From the NCBI RefSeq assembly GCF_000142905.1, contig NW_013657666.1:258631-322630 (forward strand): a DNA stretch of 64,000 nucleotides, in the 5' to 3' direction. The stretch comes from Thecamonas trahens ATCC 50062 (taxonomy: Eukaryota; Protista; Apusomonadida). Below are positions 54,041 to 64,000 of the stretch, one piece after another. Every line of letters starts with the position of its first letter. Position 1 is the stretch's first letter. The notes under the pieces are model-generated. The model did no database searches, was not told where the DNA came from, and saw only the letters and a program-made list of their open reading frames with translations. A program made the translations under genes and the position numbers.

Positions 54041-54873
54041 TTACTCGGCCTTGCCTTGTGCGGCCTTGGCGTCCTCGGCGCGCTTGGCGTAGATCATAGC
54101 AGTGAACGGGCCCTCGATCGACTCGGCGATGGCGTAGACGATGGCGACGACGACGGTGAGGAAGACGCCTGCGGGCGAGCCGGTCCGCAGCGCCTGGCCG
54201 AGGAAGCACAAGGTGGCACCGGTGTACATCGGGTGCTCCATGACCGAGAACGGGAATGACTCGACTCGAGCCGGGAGGTAGATGCCCATGCGGTCACCGA
54301 GGTAGGTGCCGGTGATGCCGAGGCGGTAGTACGAGGAGAGAACGAGGATACCGCCCACAGCGATGCACGCCATGCCGGCGAGAGAAAGGGCCATCGGCGC
54401 CAGCTCGTACACCGTCGGCTGATCAGCCATAGCCCAGTCAAAGAGAAGATCGCGAATGGCCGAAAAGACAAAGATGCTCGCCGCCAGGAAGTAGCACGCC
54501 GCGTAGTTGCCGCCCAGAGCCTTGGTCAGGAACTTGTTGTGGTATTCCTACATGCCGCGAAGAGCCATGCATATCAGCCTCTGTGAGCTGCACCCCTTCT
54601 TCTCCACTCATCCTCCCACCTCTTCCCCTCCCTGTCTCTCCTTCCTCGCCTTCTCCAGCAAGAACCAGCTGTGCGAGGGTAGACGGCCGAGGGATCCCTT
54701 GCTGCCACCTCACCCCGCTCCCCCTCTCCGCCATTGCTGGCAACGTGACTACGGTCACTACCTCGGCAACGTACATAGTGGGAGACAATGTTCCAGTAGG
54801 TGGGAGGAAAGGCAATGCCGGCCACAGCGATCCACAGCGTCGGCTGGTCCCAAGCAATGTACTGATCGAGCAT
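54041..54873 (-). CDS. PEMT: Phospholipid N-methyltransferase (PEMT/Opi3); intron 54548-54774
   Basis: FPPTYWNIV-EYHNKFLT, LGITGTYLGD, FPFSVMEHPMYTG, EGPFTAMIY. Intron is GTACGT...TAG. Confidence 0.92.
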
Positions 54874-54943
54874 GGGGTGGGGGGGGGGGGTAGGGGGGGA
54901 AAGACGGGTGGCGGGCGCGCTGTTGCGGCAACTGGCGCTGAGC

Positions 54944-56188
54944 TCATGAGAACCGTGAGGGCGAGAACGGATCTGCTGAAGTGATGCCGACGTTGACAAT
55001 CCACGACGGGAGGGCCGAGCCGGTGGCAGTGGCGGCGACAACGGCGCCGGTTGCCGGTGCGGTCTGAATGCCGTAGCCGCCCATGCCAACGGCCCAGACA
55101 AACGATGGGTTGATGCCATCGGGCCCGAGCACAAAGTCGCTGTCAGGGGCAAAGGTACGGAGGCCGGCCCACGACGCGGTGAGTGTCTCGATGGAGAGGT
55201 CGGTGGCGGTCATGATGCGGTCGGCGCAGACGGCAACGTCCATGTCGTCGGCGTAGGCGTCGTGCGGCTCAACAGGGGTGGCGTCGGCCGGCGAAGCAAG
55301 CATCTGCCCAGCATCCGGCTTAAAGTAGAACTCTTCGTCGACGTCAAAAACCATGGGCCAGGCCGCCGGCGGCGCGTCGGCCGGATAGTCTGCGGCCGCG
55401 GGCGCTGGCCATGTCATGATCGTCCGCCGCTTGGGGACAAGGCCGAGCGGAGCGATGCCTGACCGCTCCGCGACGACATCTCCCCACGCGCCGGCGGCGT
55501 TGACCAGCATTCGGGCATGATGGACGCTACCAGTAGTGTCAGAGATCTCCCAAAGACCGGCGTGAGCGTCCCAGGCCGCCGCGAGCAGGCCTGCGCCGGT
55601 GCGAAAGTCGACGCTGGCGGCCTTTCCGCCGCGGATGAATGCCATGTGCAGTCCGTTGACGTCCATGTCCATGGCGTCGGGCTCGTAGACGCCTGCAGCG
55701 GCGTAGCCCGGTCGGATGGCCGGCATGATGGCGCGGAGCTCGGCCTCGTCCAGCCTCTTCAGCGAGGTGACGAGGCCCTCGGCGACGATGGCGTCGAGCA
55801 TGGCGTCCATGGTGTCCAGTTGATCTTGGCGGGCGACCCAGACCGTACCACGCGGGCGAAGGAACGGATCATCAGCCGGCGGCGCGCCGGCCTCTGCATC
55901 GCCGTGCAGTGCGAGCTTCGACGCGGTGGTCAGGGCCCGGGTCAGCGGCGAGCCATACGTCTCCGAGTACAGAGCCGCCGATCGGCCCGTCGAGTGGACC
56001 CCATGCGCATCCTCCATCTCCAGCACCATGACCGAGTCGGCACCGGCGCGCGCCAGACTGAACGCCGTCGAAGCGCCCACCATGCCCGAGCCCACCACCA
56101 GCGCATCGACCGTGACCAGCCGGCGGGCGGAGGCCAGCATTGCCCCTGCCGTCCGCCGCAAGCCCACAGACACACCAGCACAGAGCAT
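54944..56188 (-). CDS. FAD-dependent oxidoreductase, DAO family (D-arginine dehydrogenase DauA-like), possible mitochondrial presequence
   Basis: VVGSGMVGAS Rossmann motif, HSTGRSAA, VNAAGAWG, WAGLRTF, GGYGIQTAPA. Confidence 0.88.
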   Translation of the reverse strand: MLCAGVSVGLRRTAGAMLASARRLVTVDALVVGSGMVGASTAFSLARAGADSVMVLEMEDAHGVHSTGRSAALYSETYGSPLTRALTTASKLALHGDAEAGAPPADDPFLRPRGTVWVARQDQLDTMDAMLDAIVAEGLVTSLKRLDEAELRAIMPAIRPGYAAAGVYEPDAMDMDVNGLHMAFIRGGKAASVDFRTGAGLLAAAWDAHAGLWEISDTTGSVHHARMLVNAAGAWGDVVAERSGIAPLGLVPKRRTIMTWPAPAAADYPADAPPAAWPMVFDVDEEFYFKPDAGQMLASPADATPVEPHDAYADDMDVAVCADRIMTATDLSIETLTASWAGLRTFAPDSDFVLGPDGINPSFVWAVGMGGYGIQTAPATGAVVAATATGSALPSWIVNVGITSADPFSPSRFS

Positions 56189-56380
56189 GTTGAGAGCAGA
56201 GGAGGGGGGGGGGGGGGGGGGCAGTGTAGGAGACGAGTATGCCACTGTCCGGGGACTGGGGGGCCACACCTATGCCCACGCCCACGCCCACGTCTGTCAT
56301 GTCACACCAACGTGACCGCCATGCCACTCTCACCGCACACCACCCAGCATACCCTTGATCGATCGGGCGGTGATCGATCA

Positions 56381-56446
56381 GCCACCACCACCACCACCAC
56401 CACCACCACCACCACCACCACCACCACCACCACCACCACCACCACC
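56381..56446. repeat. (CCA)n trinucleotide microsatellite
   Basis: About 21 consecutive cca units. Confidence 0.95.
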
Positions 56447-56542
56447 CGTTGCCGCCTCACTCCACCTCCTTGCACCAACCTCCACCCCTCCTCCCCCACA
56501 CACCCACACCCACACACCCACACCCACACCCACACAAGCACC

Positions 56543-56791
56543 ATGGCTCGGTACGCTCCCCCCCCCCCGCCCTCGTCCGTCTCCACTCACCCACCCACCC
56601 ACCCTCACACAGCCCGGAGGAACAGAAGCACCACCTACTCAACAGATACATCACCATGCTCGAGACCGGCGGAGAGGCTCGCACCTCCCGACCGGCTATG
56701 GCTGCGTCGGTGGAGACACTTCAAGAGGCGCGACGCTGGCAGCGCGACGTCGAGCGCGAGATCAAAGCCGCCGTCACAGAGATCCAGAACC
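56543..56791 (+). CDS. ISY1-like splicing factor, first two exons only (rest lost in gap); intron 56551-56612
   Basis: Spliced MARPEEQKHHLLNRY...RP..A..V..L.EA.RW.R....EI...V.EIQN, then a GTACGC donor running into the N-gap. Confidence 0.7.
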
Positions 56792-56980
56792 GTACGCCCC
56801 TTCCCCTTANNNNNNNNNNNNNNNNNNNNNNNNNNNNNNNNNNNNNNNNNNNNNNNNNNNNNNNNNNNNNNNNNNNNNNNNNNNNNNNNNNNNNNNNNNN
56901 NNNNNNNNNCCCCCCCCCCCCCCCCCACTACCCCCCCCCTTTCAATACCCCACCACACTGCCACCACCTCACCACACACC

Positions 56981-59900
56981 ATGTCATCACCTCCACCCCC
57001 CTCGCCATGGTGCCACCTCCCGGCGTGGTGCTCCACGGCGTGGCAGGCCCATTGGCGAGCCATCACCATGACTCTGGCCGTCGCCATTGTCCTCCTCTCC
57101 GGCACGGTCACCTTTGTCTACGTGGAGGAGCTGACGGCTGTCGATGCTGCCTACCTCACCACTGTCACCGTAACCACCATCGGCTTTGGCGACATCGTCC
57201 CCACCACAGATAACGGCAAGGGCGCAGTCGGGGTCTTTGTCCTCATAGGTGTCGGCCTCGTCGGCTACGCCCTCTCAACCATCTCGCAGATCTCAGGCAA
57301 CCGTGTCAAGGATCTGGTGGCAAAGCTCCACTCGAAGGGTCTCTCAGACCCTTACGTCGTCCTCGGCCCGGCCGATCGTGCATCGTCATCGTTCTGCGCC
57401 TCGCGCTGCCGCTGCTTTGTCTACTTTCCCTGCTGCGCCCCCGGTGGCGCCTGGTTCTACACCCCCGTGGCAAACGGACTCTCAACCCGAGCTGGCCTCA
57501 CCCGCCTGTCTGGTCGCTCCCGGGCGAATACTCGGCGTCGGGCACTCTGTTCTTTGAAGTCTACGACTGGGACGCAAACACCGTCGACGACCTCATCGGC
57601 TCGGTCCTAGTCCCCATCCCGCCGCACATTCTCCACGCCTCTCCGCCAGACGCCGAACGCCCGCACGACGCCCAGAGCCCATACTCGGACGCCTACACCG
57701 GCATCGGCCCCTCGTCGGCCTTCTCGTCTGCACAGGACGTTCCCATCGAGCCGCTCTCCCAGACCCCACCCGATGCCTGGTACCCGATCAACGTCCCGCT
57801 CACGCTCTCTGACGACGCCGCAGACATGTACCTTCGCGCTCCACCGCCGTCGGCGTCGACGACTTCGTCGTCGGTCTCTTCCGCATCGTCGGCGCTCGAC
57901 TCGGACACGACCGCGCTTGTGCCCAACCCGCGTCTCAAAATCGCCATTCGCCGCCACGGCGACGCCATCGAGGTCAAGGTTCTCTCCGCCTCGGGCCTCC
58001 CGGTCATGGACATGTCCATGATCGGCAACGCGCTCCGCCGTGCGCTCAACAAGGACCTGCTCGAGGTCATCCTCGCCTTTGCCGTTCTTGGCGTTCTTGT
58101 CGTCGGCGGCACCCTCGCCTTTGCCCACATCGAGGACTGGCGCCTGCTCGACGCTTTCTACTGGGCCGTCATCACCCTCTTCACCATCGGCTACGGTGAC
58201 ATTACACCTTCCACAAAGACCGGCCGCATCGTCTTTATCCCCTACGCGTTTCTTCTCCTCGGCTTTGGCGCCTACGCCCTCTCGCTGCTCATGGACAAGT
58301 CGCTCGGCCTCCTCACCAAGTATGCGCTCGTTGCTGCCGCATCAAGCCATGCCCGATGCTGCAACAACTCGGCAGTCCCGCGACACCCACTGCTGGGCCT
58401 CGCTCCGCCAGAAGCTCNNNNNNNNNNNNNNNNNNNNNNNNNNNNNNNNNNNNNNNNNNNNNNNNNNNNNNNNNNNNNNNNNNNNNNNNNNNNNNNNNNN
58501 NNNNNNNNNNNNNNNNNGAACTAATTCTCTCTCCCAGACCCCACCCGATGCCTGGTACCCGATCAACGTCCCGCTCACGCTCTCTGACGACGCCGCAGAC
58601 ATGTACCTTCGCGCTCCACCGCCGTCGGCGTCGACGACTTCGTCGTCGGTCTCTTCCGCATCGTCGGCGCTCGACTCGGACACGACCGCGCTTGTGCCCA
58701 ACCCGCGTCTCAAAATCGCCATTCGCCGCCACGGCGACGCCATCGAGGTCAAGGTTCTCTCCGCCTCGGGCCTCCCGGTCATGGACATGTCCATGATCGG
58801 CAACGCGCTCCGCCGTGCGCTCAACAAGGACCTGCTCGAGGTCATCCTCGCCTTTGCCGTTCTTGGCGTTCTTGTCGTCGGCGGCACCCTCGCCTTTGCC
58901 CACATCGAGGACTGGCGCCTGCTCGACGCTTTCTACTGGGCCGTCATCACCCTCTTCACCATCGGCTACGGTGACATTGCACCTGCCACAAAGACCGGCC
59001 GCATCGTCTTTATCCCCTACGCGTTTCTTCTCCTCGGCTTTGGCGCCTACGCCCTCTCGCTGCTCATGGACAAGTCGCTCGGCCTCCTCACCAAGTATGC
59101 GCTCGTTGCTGCCGCATCCAAGCCAATGCCCGATGCTGCCAACAACTCGGCAAGTCCCGCCGACACCCACTGCTGGGCCTCGCTCCGCCACAAGCTCCGT
59201 GCTTGTGTCACCACCCGCCAGGGCAAGTTCCAGGTCCAGCTTGTCATCGCCCTCGCCCTTACAGTTGCACTCATCCTTGTGGGCGGCCTCATCTCGCTCC
59301 AGGAGGGCTGGACCTATCTCGCCGGCGTCGCCTTTGCCCTCGAGACCGCATCGACACTTGGTCTCGGCACCCGCGTCCCGAAGACCGACGTCGGAAAGAT
59401 TCTCACCATGGCCTTTGCCCTCTTTGCCGTCGGCGTCCTCTTCTCCGTCATCTCGGTCGTCGCTCAGCTCTCGGTGGAGCGCTCGCTTGTCTTCAAGCGT
59501 GAGCTCCTCCGCCGTAAGGCCGAGGCCCATGAGCTCGAGGCCCAGCTTGTCGCCCAAGCCTCAGGCCACGTTCTCGCCATTGATGCCCCGCACAGCCAGC
59601 CATCCATTGCAGCGCTCGCACCCGGCCTCTCCGCCGAGAGCCTGGCCCGCCCATCCAAGTCGCGTTACGCGGCCACCCGTGACTGGGTCAAGACCTCCTT
59701 TGCCGCCCAGGTCTTCCTCGGCCTCGTCGGCTTCTTTGCCATCAACTGCGCCGCTGCCGGTGGCCTTCGCTACACCGAGCGCGGCATCATCACCCGCTAC
59801 CGCGACGCCATGTACGCTTCGCTCATCGTCTCGTCATCCACGGGCTACGGCGACATTGTGCCCAAGACCGAAGAGGGCTTTGTCATCATCTACGCCCTCC

Positions 59901-60334
59901 TCCTCATCGCCTACACACTGCTTGTTTGGATCATCGACGTTGCCGACCGTGCCACCAATGAGGCCGTAGGTAACGATGTTGACAACACTCTCCTCGACTC
60001 GTCCCAAGTCATTGTTGGCTCTGCACTTACCAAGCGCGCCCGCAATCACCTCTCTACCTCGTCATCGTCGTCGTCGTCATCATCGTCATCACTCGCTTCG
60101 GACGCCGCAGGCACCCGCTCCCGCGGTCGCACCCCTGCCTCCCACCCCAACAGCCGCGGTCGTGGCCGAGGCCGTGGTCGCGGCCGCGGTCGTGGCGCCC
60201 GCGCTCCTCGCAACGTTCCTCGCGCTTCTCACCCAGCCCAGCGCAACGCTGCTCGCGACCGTCCTCGACGCGCCCCCGGCCGCGCCCCGCCGTCCACTCG
60301 CGGACGGCGCCCGCGGCCGACCGGCCCTCACTAA
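56981..60334 (+). CDS. Potassium channel with four 2TM/pore units and an inserted C2 domain (frameshift at ~57473, artefactual duplication across gap)
   Basis: Filters TTIGFGD, FTIGYGD, STLGLGT and SSTGYGD, each flanked by TM helices; C2 motifs SDPYV, TLNPSW, FEVYDWD, DDLIG. Confidence 0.8.
57754..59197 (+). repeat. ~660-bp direct duplication (57754-58417 vs 58529-59197) flanking an N-gap, probably an unmerged contig overlap
   Basis: Near-identical copies; the first accumulates indels toward the gap. Confidence 0.9.
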
Positions 60335-60361
60335 GCTCAGTGTCTGGCGCAGGAACTTTAC

Positions 60362-63300
60362 TCACTCTGCCAGCGAAAGCAGCAGCGCCGCGCCGCGCTT
60401 GATCCACCAGTCGGCATTCTTCGAGCACCGCAGGTCGACGTTGAGCAGGAAGCATCCGTCGGCTGCCCGCCACGGGTACACGTACACCGGGCACGGGTAG
60501 CTCTCCTTCTTCGACGCGCGCTTCTTGGTAATGACCGGCTTAAAGTGGACGAGCGGCATCGGCGAGACAAGCTGCATCGGCCGCGGCTCCACAAGCGAGC
60601 CCGTCGGATCCCATCCCGCACCCTCGAGCATGAGCCCCGAGATGTACGCGCCCTCGATCGGCGGCTCGAGCACCGCCGCAGAGTCGGCCGGTGAGAGGAC
60701 CACAAACTCCCACGAGAGCGCGTCAATTGCCACGTTGTTCTTGCGAGCAGACGTCTGCAGCAGCGCGGTGAGGAAGCCCGCTGGGAAGGTAAAGCCACCG
60801 AGCCAGAACGTCCGCGGCACCTCGCCGAGCGCCCAGTTCTGGAACATGGAGATCCGGTCGGCAAGATCGCGCGTCCATGACGCCAGCGGCTTGAGCGATG
60901 GGTACGCAAACGACCATGCCGGCGGCACACGCCCATCAAACATGTACGAGAACGTCTCATCCATCTCTGTCGACATGACCACCAGTCCGTTGATCCCGTC
61001 CACAAGCTCCTCCAGCGACGCGCGCATCACACGCAGCAGCTTGTTGTACCGGCCCACCTCTTGCACCAGCACCACCTCGAGCGGATGCGGCTCGCCAGAC
61101 ATGGTGGACGACACCGCGGCGTCTTCGATCACAATCTCCAGCGGAAGTCGCTCCAGGATGTCCTCCGCCATGTGGAGGACCACAGACTCGCGCGACGGTG
61201 CACCCGACACCGCCACCCGCGGCTGGAGCGAAACCAACGTCGCCAGTAGCTCTTCCGAGGTCTTGATCTGCGACGAGATGCCCGCGTTGGTGTGCTGCCC
61301 AAACGCCTCCGGGCGGTCGACGTGCGGCAGCGTCGCCACGTACTTGCGGTACGAGCTGAGCGGCCCATCTTCCGGCACGTAGTACAGCGAGAGGTGCGGC
61401 ACCAGCGGCGCCATCGGCTCGGTCAACACGTCCGGTCGGAACACCTCCTTCATGTAGACCCGCACCAGCCGCCGGTCGCGCGCGTCCGTGACACGCCCGC
61501 CGTAGTTGACTTCGGCAATGAGGTACTTGAGCGCATCCCAAGGCGTCGTCCCGGCCTTGGCCAGGTCCAGATACACAGAGAGCAGCTGTGCAGAGACGTG
61601 AAAGTCCGAGTCGTTAAAGTCGTACGGGATGTTGAAGCCGAGCGTAAGGAACTTGCGCCGCTCCAGGAGGAGCGAGTGGAACCAACAGAGCGCAAAGAGG
61701 AGCTTCTTGAACGAGCCCGACTTGGAGCAGCCCTCCAGCATCGACTCGGTCACCACGCCCGTCAGCAGCCGGTTGAGGTTCGCCTTGAGACCCTGTGGCG
61801 GCTCGGTCGTCATCTTGACAGACCGCTGCAGGACAGAAATCGGGAACCCGTCGCACGGCTTGGACGAGAGCCACAGCCTAAAGTCGGCGTGTGGCTCGGC
61901 TGCTTCCAGCGAGAGCACAATCTTCTCCAGTATCGGCAGCCAGTTGATCATCAGATGACAGTTGGCGAGGAAGACCCAGTGACCCTTGTCCATCGCTTGC
62001 GCAATTGCAGACGCCGCGTTGGCGTCCTGGCCCTGCCCGAGCGCAAGCGCCCGGAACTTACCCTTCATCCCGCGCTCCTCCACAAGCTGCTGCAGCGCAG
62101 ACGACGGGTCCACTCCCGGCGAGAGCACAAAGATGAGCGGGATCGTCGGCGACGAGTCCCGGAACGCCGCCGCGAGATCCAGCGTCGGTGGCTCCACGTA
62201 CTGGCCCTGCGACGAGAGCGATGCCGTGATGAACTTGGTCAGCGCAAAATTGAGCCGGTCCACACGCAGGCACCGCAAAATAATCATCGTTTGCAGATCG
62301 TTGAGGTTATGACCCCACTCGCCAGGCAGCGTCTCCTCCTCCGGCTCGGCAGACTCGTACCATCGCCGCCACTCGCGTCCGTGCTGCTCGAACGAGTGGA
62401 TAAGCCCCGCAAAGGCAGGCAGCTTGTCAAGCTCCGTAATGTGGTCCCACTTTTGCTCAGGCAGCCACTCGCGGCACCGGTTCGCCGGCTGGAGCTCCTT
62501 GTCAAGCACCTGGCCGCCGCGGAGGAGAAAGTCGTACTCGGGCAGCGAAATCTTCTCGTCGCCGCCAAGAATCCGTACCGTCATGTGGAACGAGAACAGG
62601 AGCTTGTGCTTCTCAAACAGCCCGCGGCACGTGTTGCAGTACACCGCGTACGTGTGGAACTCGTTAATCGCCTCCACCCGCTCGGCCACAGCCTCGGCAA
62701 TCTCGGCACGCGTCGCGCCGCCAAAGCCGCTCCCTGCGCCCGGCCCCTCGCCGCCGTCCGCCCCGGGCATCGCCATGACGTCCAGCCCGGCTCCCGACGC
62801 TGACTTGCCGGCTCCGCCGAGGAGACCCGAAGGCCCGCCGCCCAGCCCGCCACTCCCGCCTGTGCCCTCGCCGTCCGACGTCGATGCCTTTCGCGACGCG
62901 ACGATCGACTTGCAGAACAAGTCGATGTACGTGTCGAGCGAGAACTGATACATCGGATCGACCCGCGAGAGGTCGAGCAGGACAAAGAACAGAATAGCAG
63001 CACGCTTTGCAGACGGCCGGTACGCCTCACGGAGAACATCAATCCGGACTTCCGTCTCTTCAGACTCGGCAAGCTGGACCTTGATCGACTCGGCAGTCGT
63101 CTTTGATGACTGCAGCGCATCAACCAGCTTCTCGTCGTCGAGCAGCGAGCCCTTGGCGGTGTCCAGCAGCCGAAGAATCTCGTCTTCGAGCTCCTCCAGC
63201 CGCTTCCGTCCGGCAGCCGTGTTGATCACCACCCGCTCTTTCTGCTTCTCCAGCACGGGCTGCTCCGCACGCACAACATACCCGAGCAGCTGGTCCTCCA

Positions 63301-64000
63301 GCCCCTTGGCCTTCACCGCAAAGTTGACCATCGTCGTCTTGGCCGCCAGCTCGGGCGAGTACACCGGGTTCGGCAGCTTTGTCGTCATGTAAAACCTAAA
63401 GTCAGGGTTGTACTCCACCTCTGTGTCGCCGAGCTTGAGCGTCATTGACGCGCCGCGCTTGATGACATCGCGCGCGAGCACAGGGTCCAGCGCAGGGTCC
63501 AGCTCCGTCCCAATGTTCTCGAGCAGGACCGGCGTGCCCTGCTTGATGGCGTACTCAATCCGCGACATGTAATCGGACATCGAGAGGTCCAGCACAATGA
63601 GATGCGCCTTCTTCTCCAGGTTCTTAATCCACGCGTTGGCCTGGCCCTGCGGGTCAATCATGAGCGGCCACCGCCGCCCGCGCGTCACCAGCACTCCGTT
63701 CTCGGTCGAGAACGAGTCCGACGGAAGCTTGAAAATGTTCCACTGCCGCACCTCGGTGGCCTTGGAGAGAAAGTCCGCAAACGAAAAGTCGCCGCTCGCC
63801 GGAATCTTGGTTGCCGCCACAGACTTGGCCCATGACGCAAGCAGCGACTCACGGTAGTCCGAGGTAAACGGACCGGCGTACGCCAAAAAAGCAGACGCCA
63901 TGAGGCAGTCGCCAACCAGCAGCTGGATCTGCTCCTCGTAAGACGCAATCGCTGTCTCCCATCGCTCGCGCTCGCCAGAGAGTCCGTTCACCAGCTTGTC
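60362..64000 (-). CDS. Axonemal dynein heavy chain, C-terminal part (DNAH2 / inner-arm I1-beta-like); 5' end outside window
   Basis: RWPLMIDPQGQA, FRFYMTTKLPNP, PLIFVLSPGVDP, LGQGQ, YGGRVTD; ends WIKRGAALLLSL. Confidence 0.93.
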   Translation of the reverse strand, partial: DKLVNGLSGERERWETAIASYEEQIQLLVGDCLMASAFLAYAGPFTSDYRESLLASWAKSVAATKIPASGDFSFADFLSKATEVRQWNIFKLPSDSFSTENGVLVTRGRRWPLMIDPQGQANAWIKNLEKKAHLIVLDLSMSDYMSRIEYAIKQGTPVLLENIGTELDPALDPVLARDVIKRGASMTLKLGDTEVEYNPDFRFYMTTKLPNPVYSPELAAKTTMVNFAVKAKGLEDQLLGYVVRAEQPVLEKQKERVVINTAAGRKRLEELEDEILRLLDTAKGSLLDDEKLVDALQSSKTTAESIKVQLAESEETEVRIDVLREAYRPSAKRAAILFFVLLDLSRVDPMYQFSLDTYIDLFCKSIVASRKASTSDGEGTGGSGGLGGGPSGLLGGAGKSASGAGLDVMAMPGADGGEGPGAGSGFGGATRAEIAEAVAERVEAINEFHTYAVYCNTCRGLFEKHKLLFSFHMTVRILGGDEKISLPEYDFLLRGGQVLDKELQPANRCREWLPEQKWDHITELDKLPAFAGLIHSFEQHGREWRRWYESAEPEEETLPGEWGHNLNDLQTMIILRCLRVDRLNFALTKFITASLSSQGQYVEPPTLDLAAAFRDSSPTIPLIFVLSPGVDPSSALQQLVEERGMKGKFRALALGQGQDANAASAIAQAMDKGHWVFLANCHLMINWLPILEKIVLSLEAAEPHADFRLWLSSKPCDGFPISVLQRSVKMTTEPPQGLKANLNRLLTGVVTESMLEGCSKSGSFKKLLFALCWFHSLLLERRKFLTLGFNIPYDFNDSDFHVSAQLLSVYLDLAKAGTTPWDALKYLIAEVNYGGRVTDARDRRLVRVYMKEVFRPDVLTEPMAPLVPHLSLYYVPEDGPLSSYRKYVATLPHVDRPEAFGQHTNAGISSQIKTSEELLATLVSLQPRVAVSGAPSRESVVLHMAEDILERLPLEIVIEDAAVSSTMSGEPHPLEVVLVQEVGRYNKLLRVMRASLEELVDGINGLVVMSTEMDETFSYMFDGRVPPAWSFAYPSLKPLASWTRDLADRISMFQNWALGEVPRTFWLGGFTFPAGFLTALLQTSARKNNVAIDALSWEFVVLSPADSAAVLEPPIEGAYISGLMLEGAGWDPTGSLVEPRPMQLVSPMPLVHFKPVITKKRASKKESYPCPVYVYPWRAADGCFLLNVDLRCSKNADWWIKRGAALLLSLAE

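Noticed and set aside
52335-54209. Long antisense or alternative-frame ORFs (also 6099-7757, 61292-62803, 25623-27113 and others)
   Set aside because: Shadow ORFs of GC3-biased real genes, with Arg/Pro-rich composition and no domains.
55517-57610. 697-aa ORF joining poly-Thr, ISY1-region sequence and the channel
   Set aside because: It runs antisense to the oxidoreductase, through a microsatellite and across an N-gap. The gap probably hides the rest of ISY1.
57754-59197. Apparent tandem duplication giving the channel a fifth pore loop
   Set aside because: The copies are near-identical, flank a 100-N gap and degrade toward it, so an unmerged contig overlap is more likely.

Overview
A GC-rich, gene-dense stretch of a unicellular eukaryote's draft genome. 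It holds about 35 protein-coding genes, short GT-AG introns with an almost invariant GTACG(T) donor, five N-gaps and several homopolymer frameshifts. The gene content (axonemal dynein, kinesin-13, SF3B4, PP1, PRMT1, UVRAG, ARMC1) indicates a flagellated protist. The style resembles an apusomonad such as Thecamonas, but this is inference only. Standout: a ~2,580-aa minus-strand megasynthase (32719-24755) in which an animal-FASN-like type I module (KS-AT-DH-psiME/psiKR-ER-KR-ACP) has an intact type III (chalcone-synthase-like) PKS in place of the thioesterase. This is the 'Steely' architecture known from Dictyostelium, and it lies ~2.3 kb from a clear homologue of Dictyostelium countin and just downstream of an LRR/multi-TM receptor-like gene. 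Other unusual genes: a single-chain K+ channel with four pore loops and a circularly permuted C2 domain, an AnkX-like Fic-domain protein, an Rnl2-family RNA ligase and a serpin with a basic reactive loop. No rRNA, tRNA, CRISPR array or mobile element was recognised.
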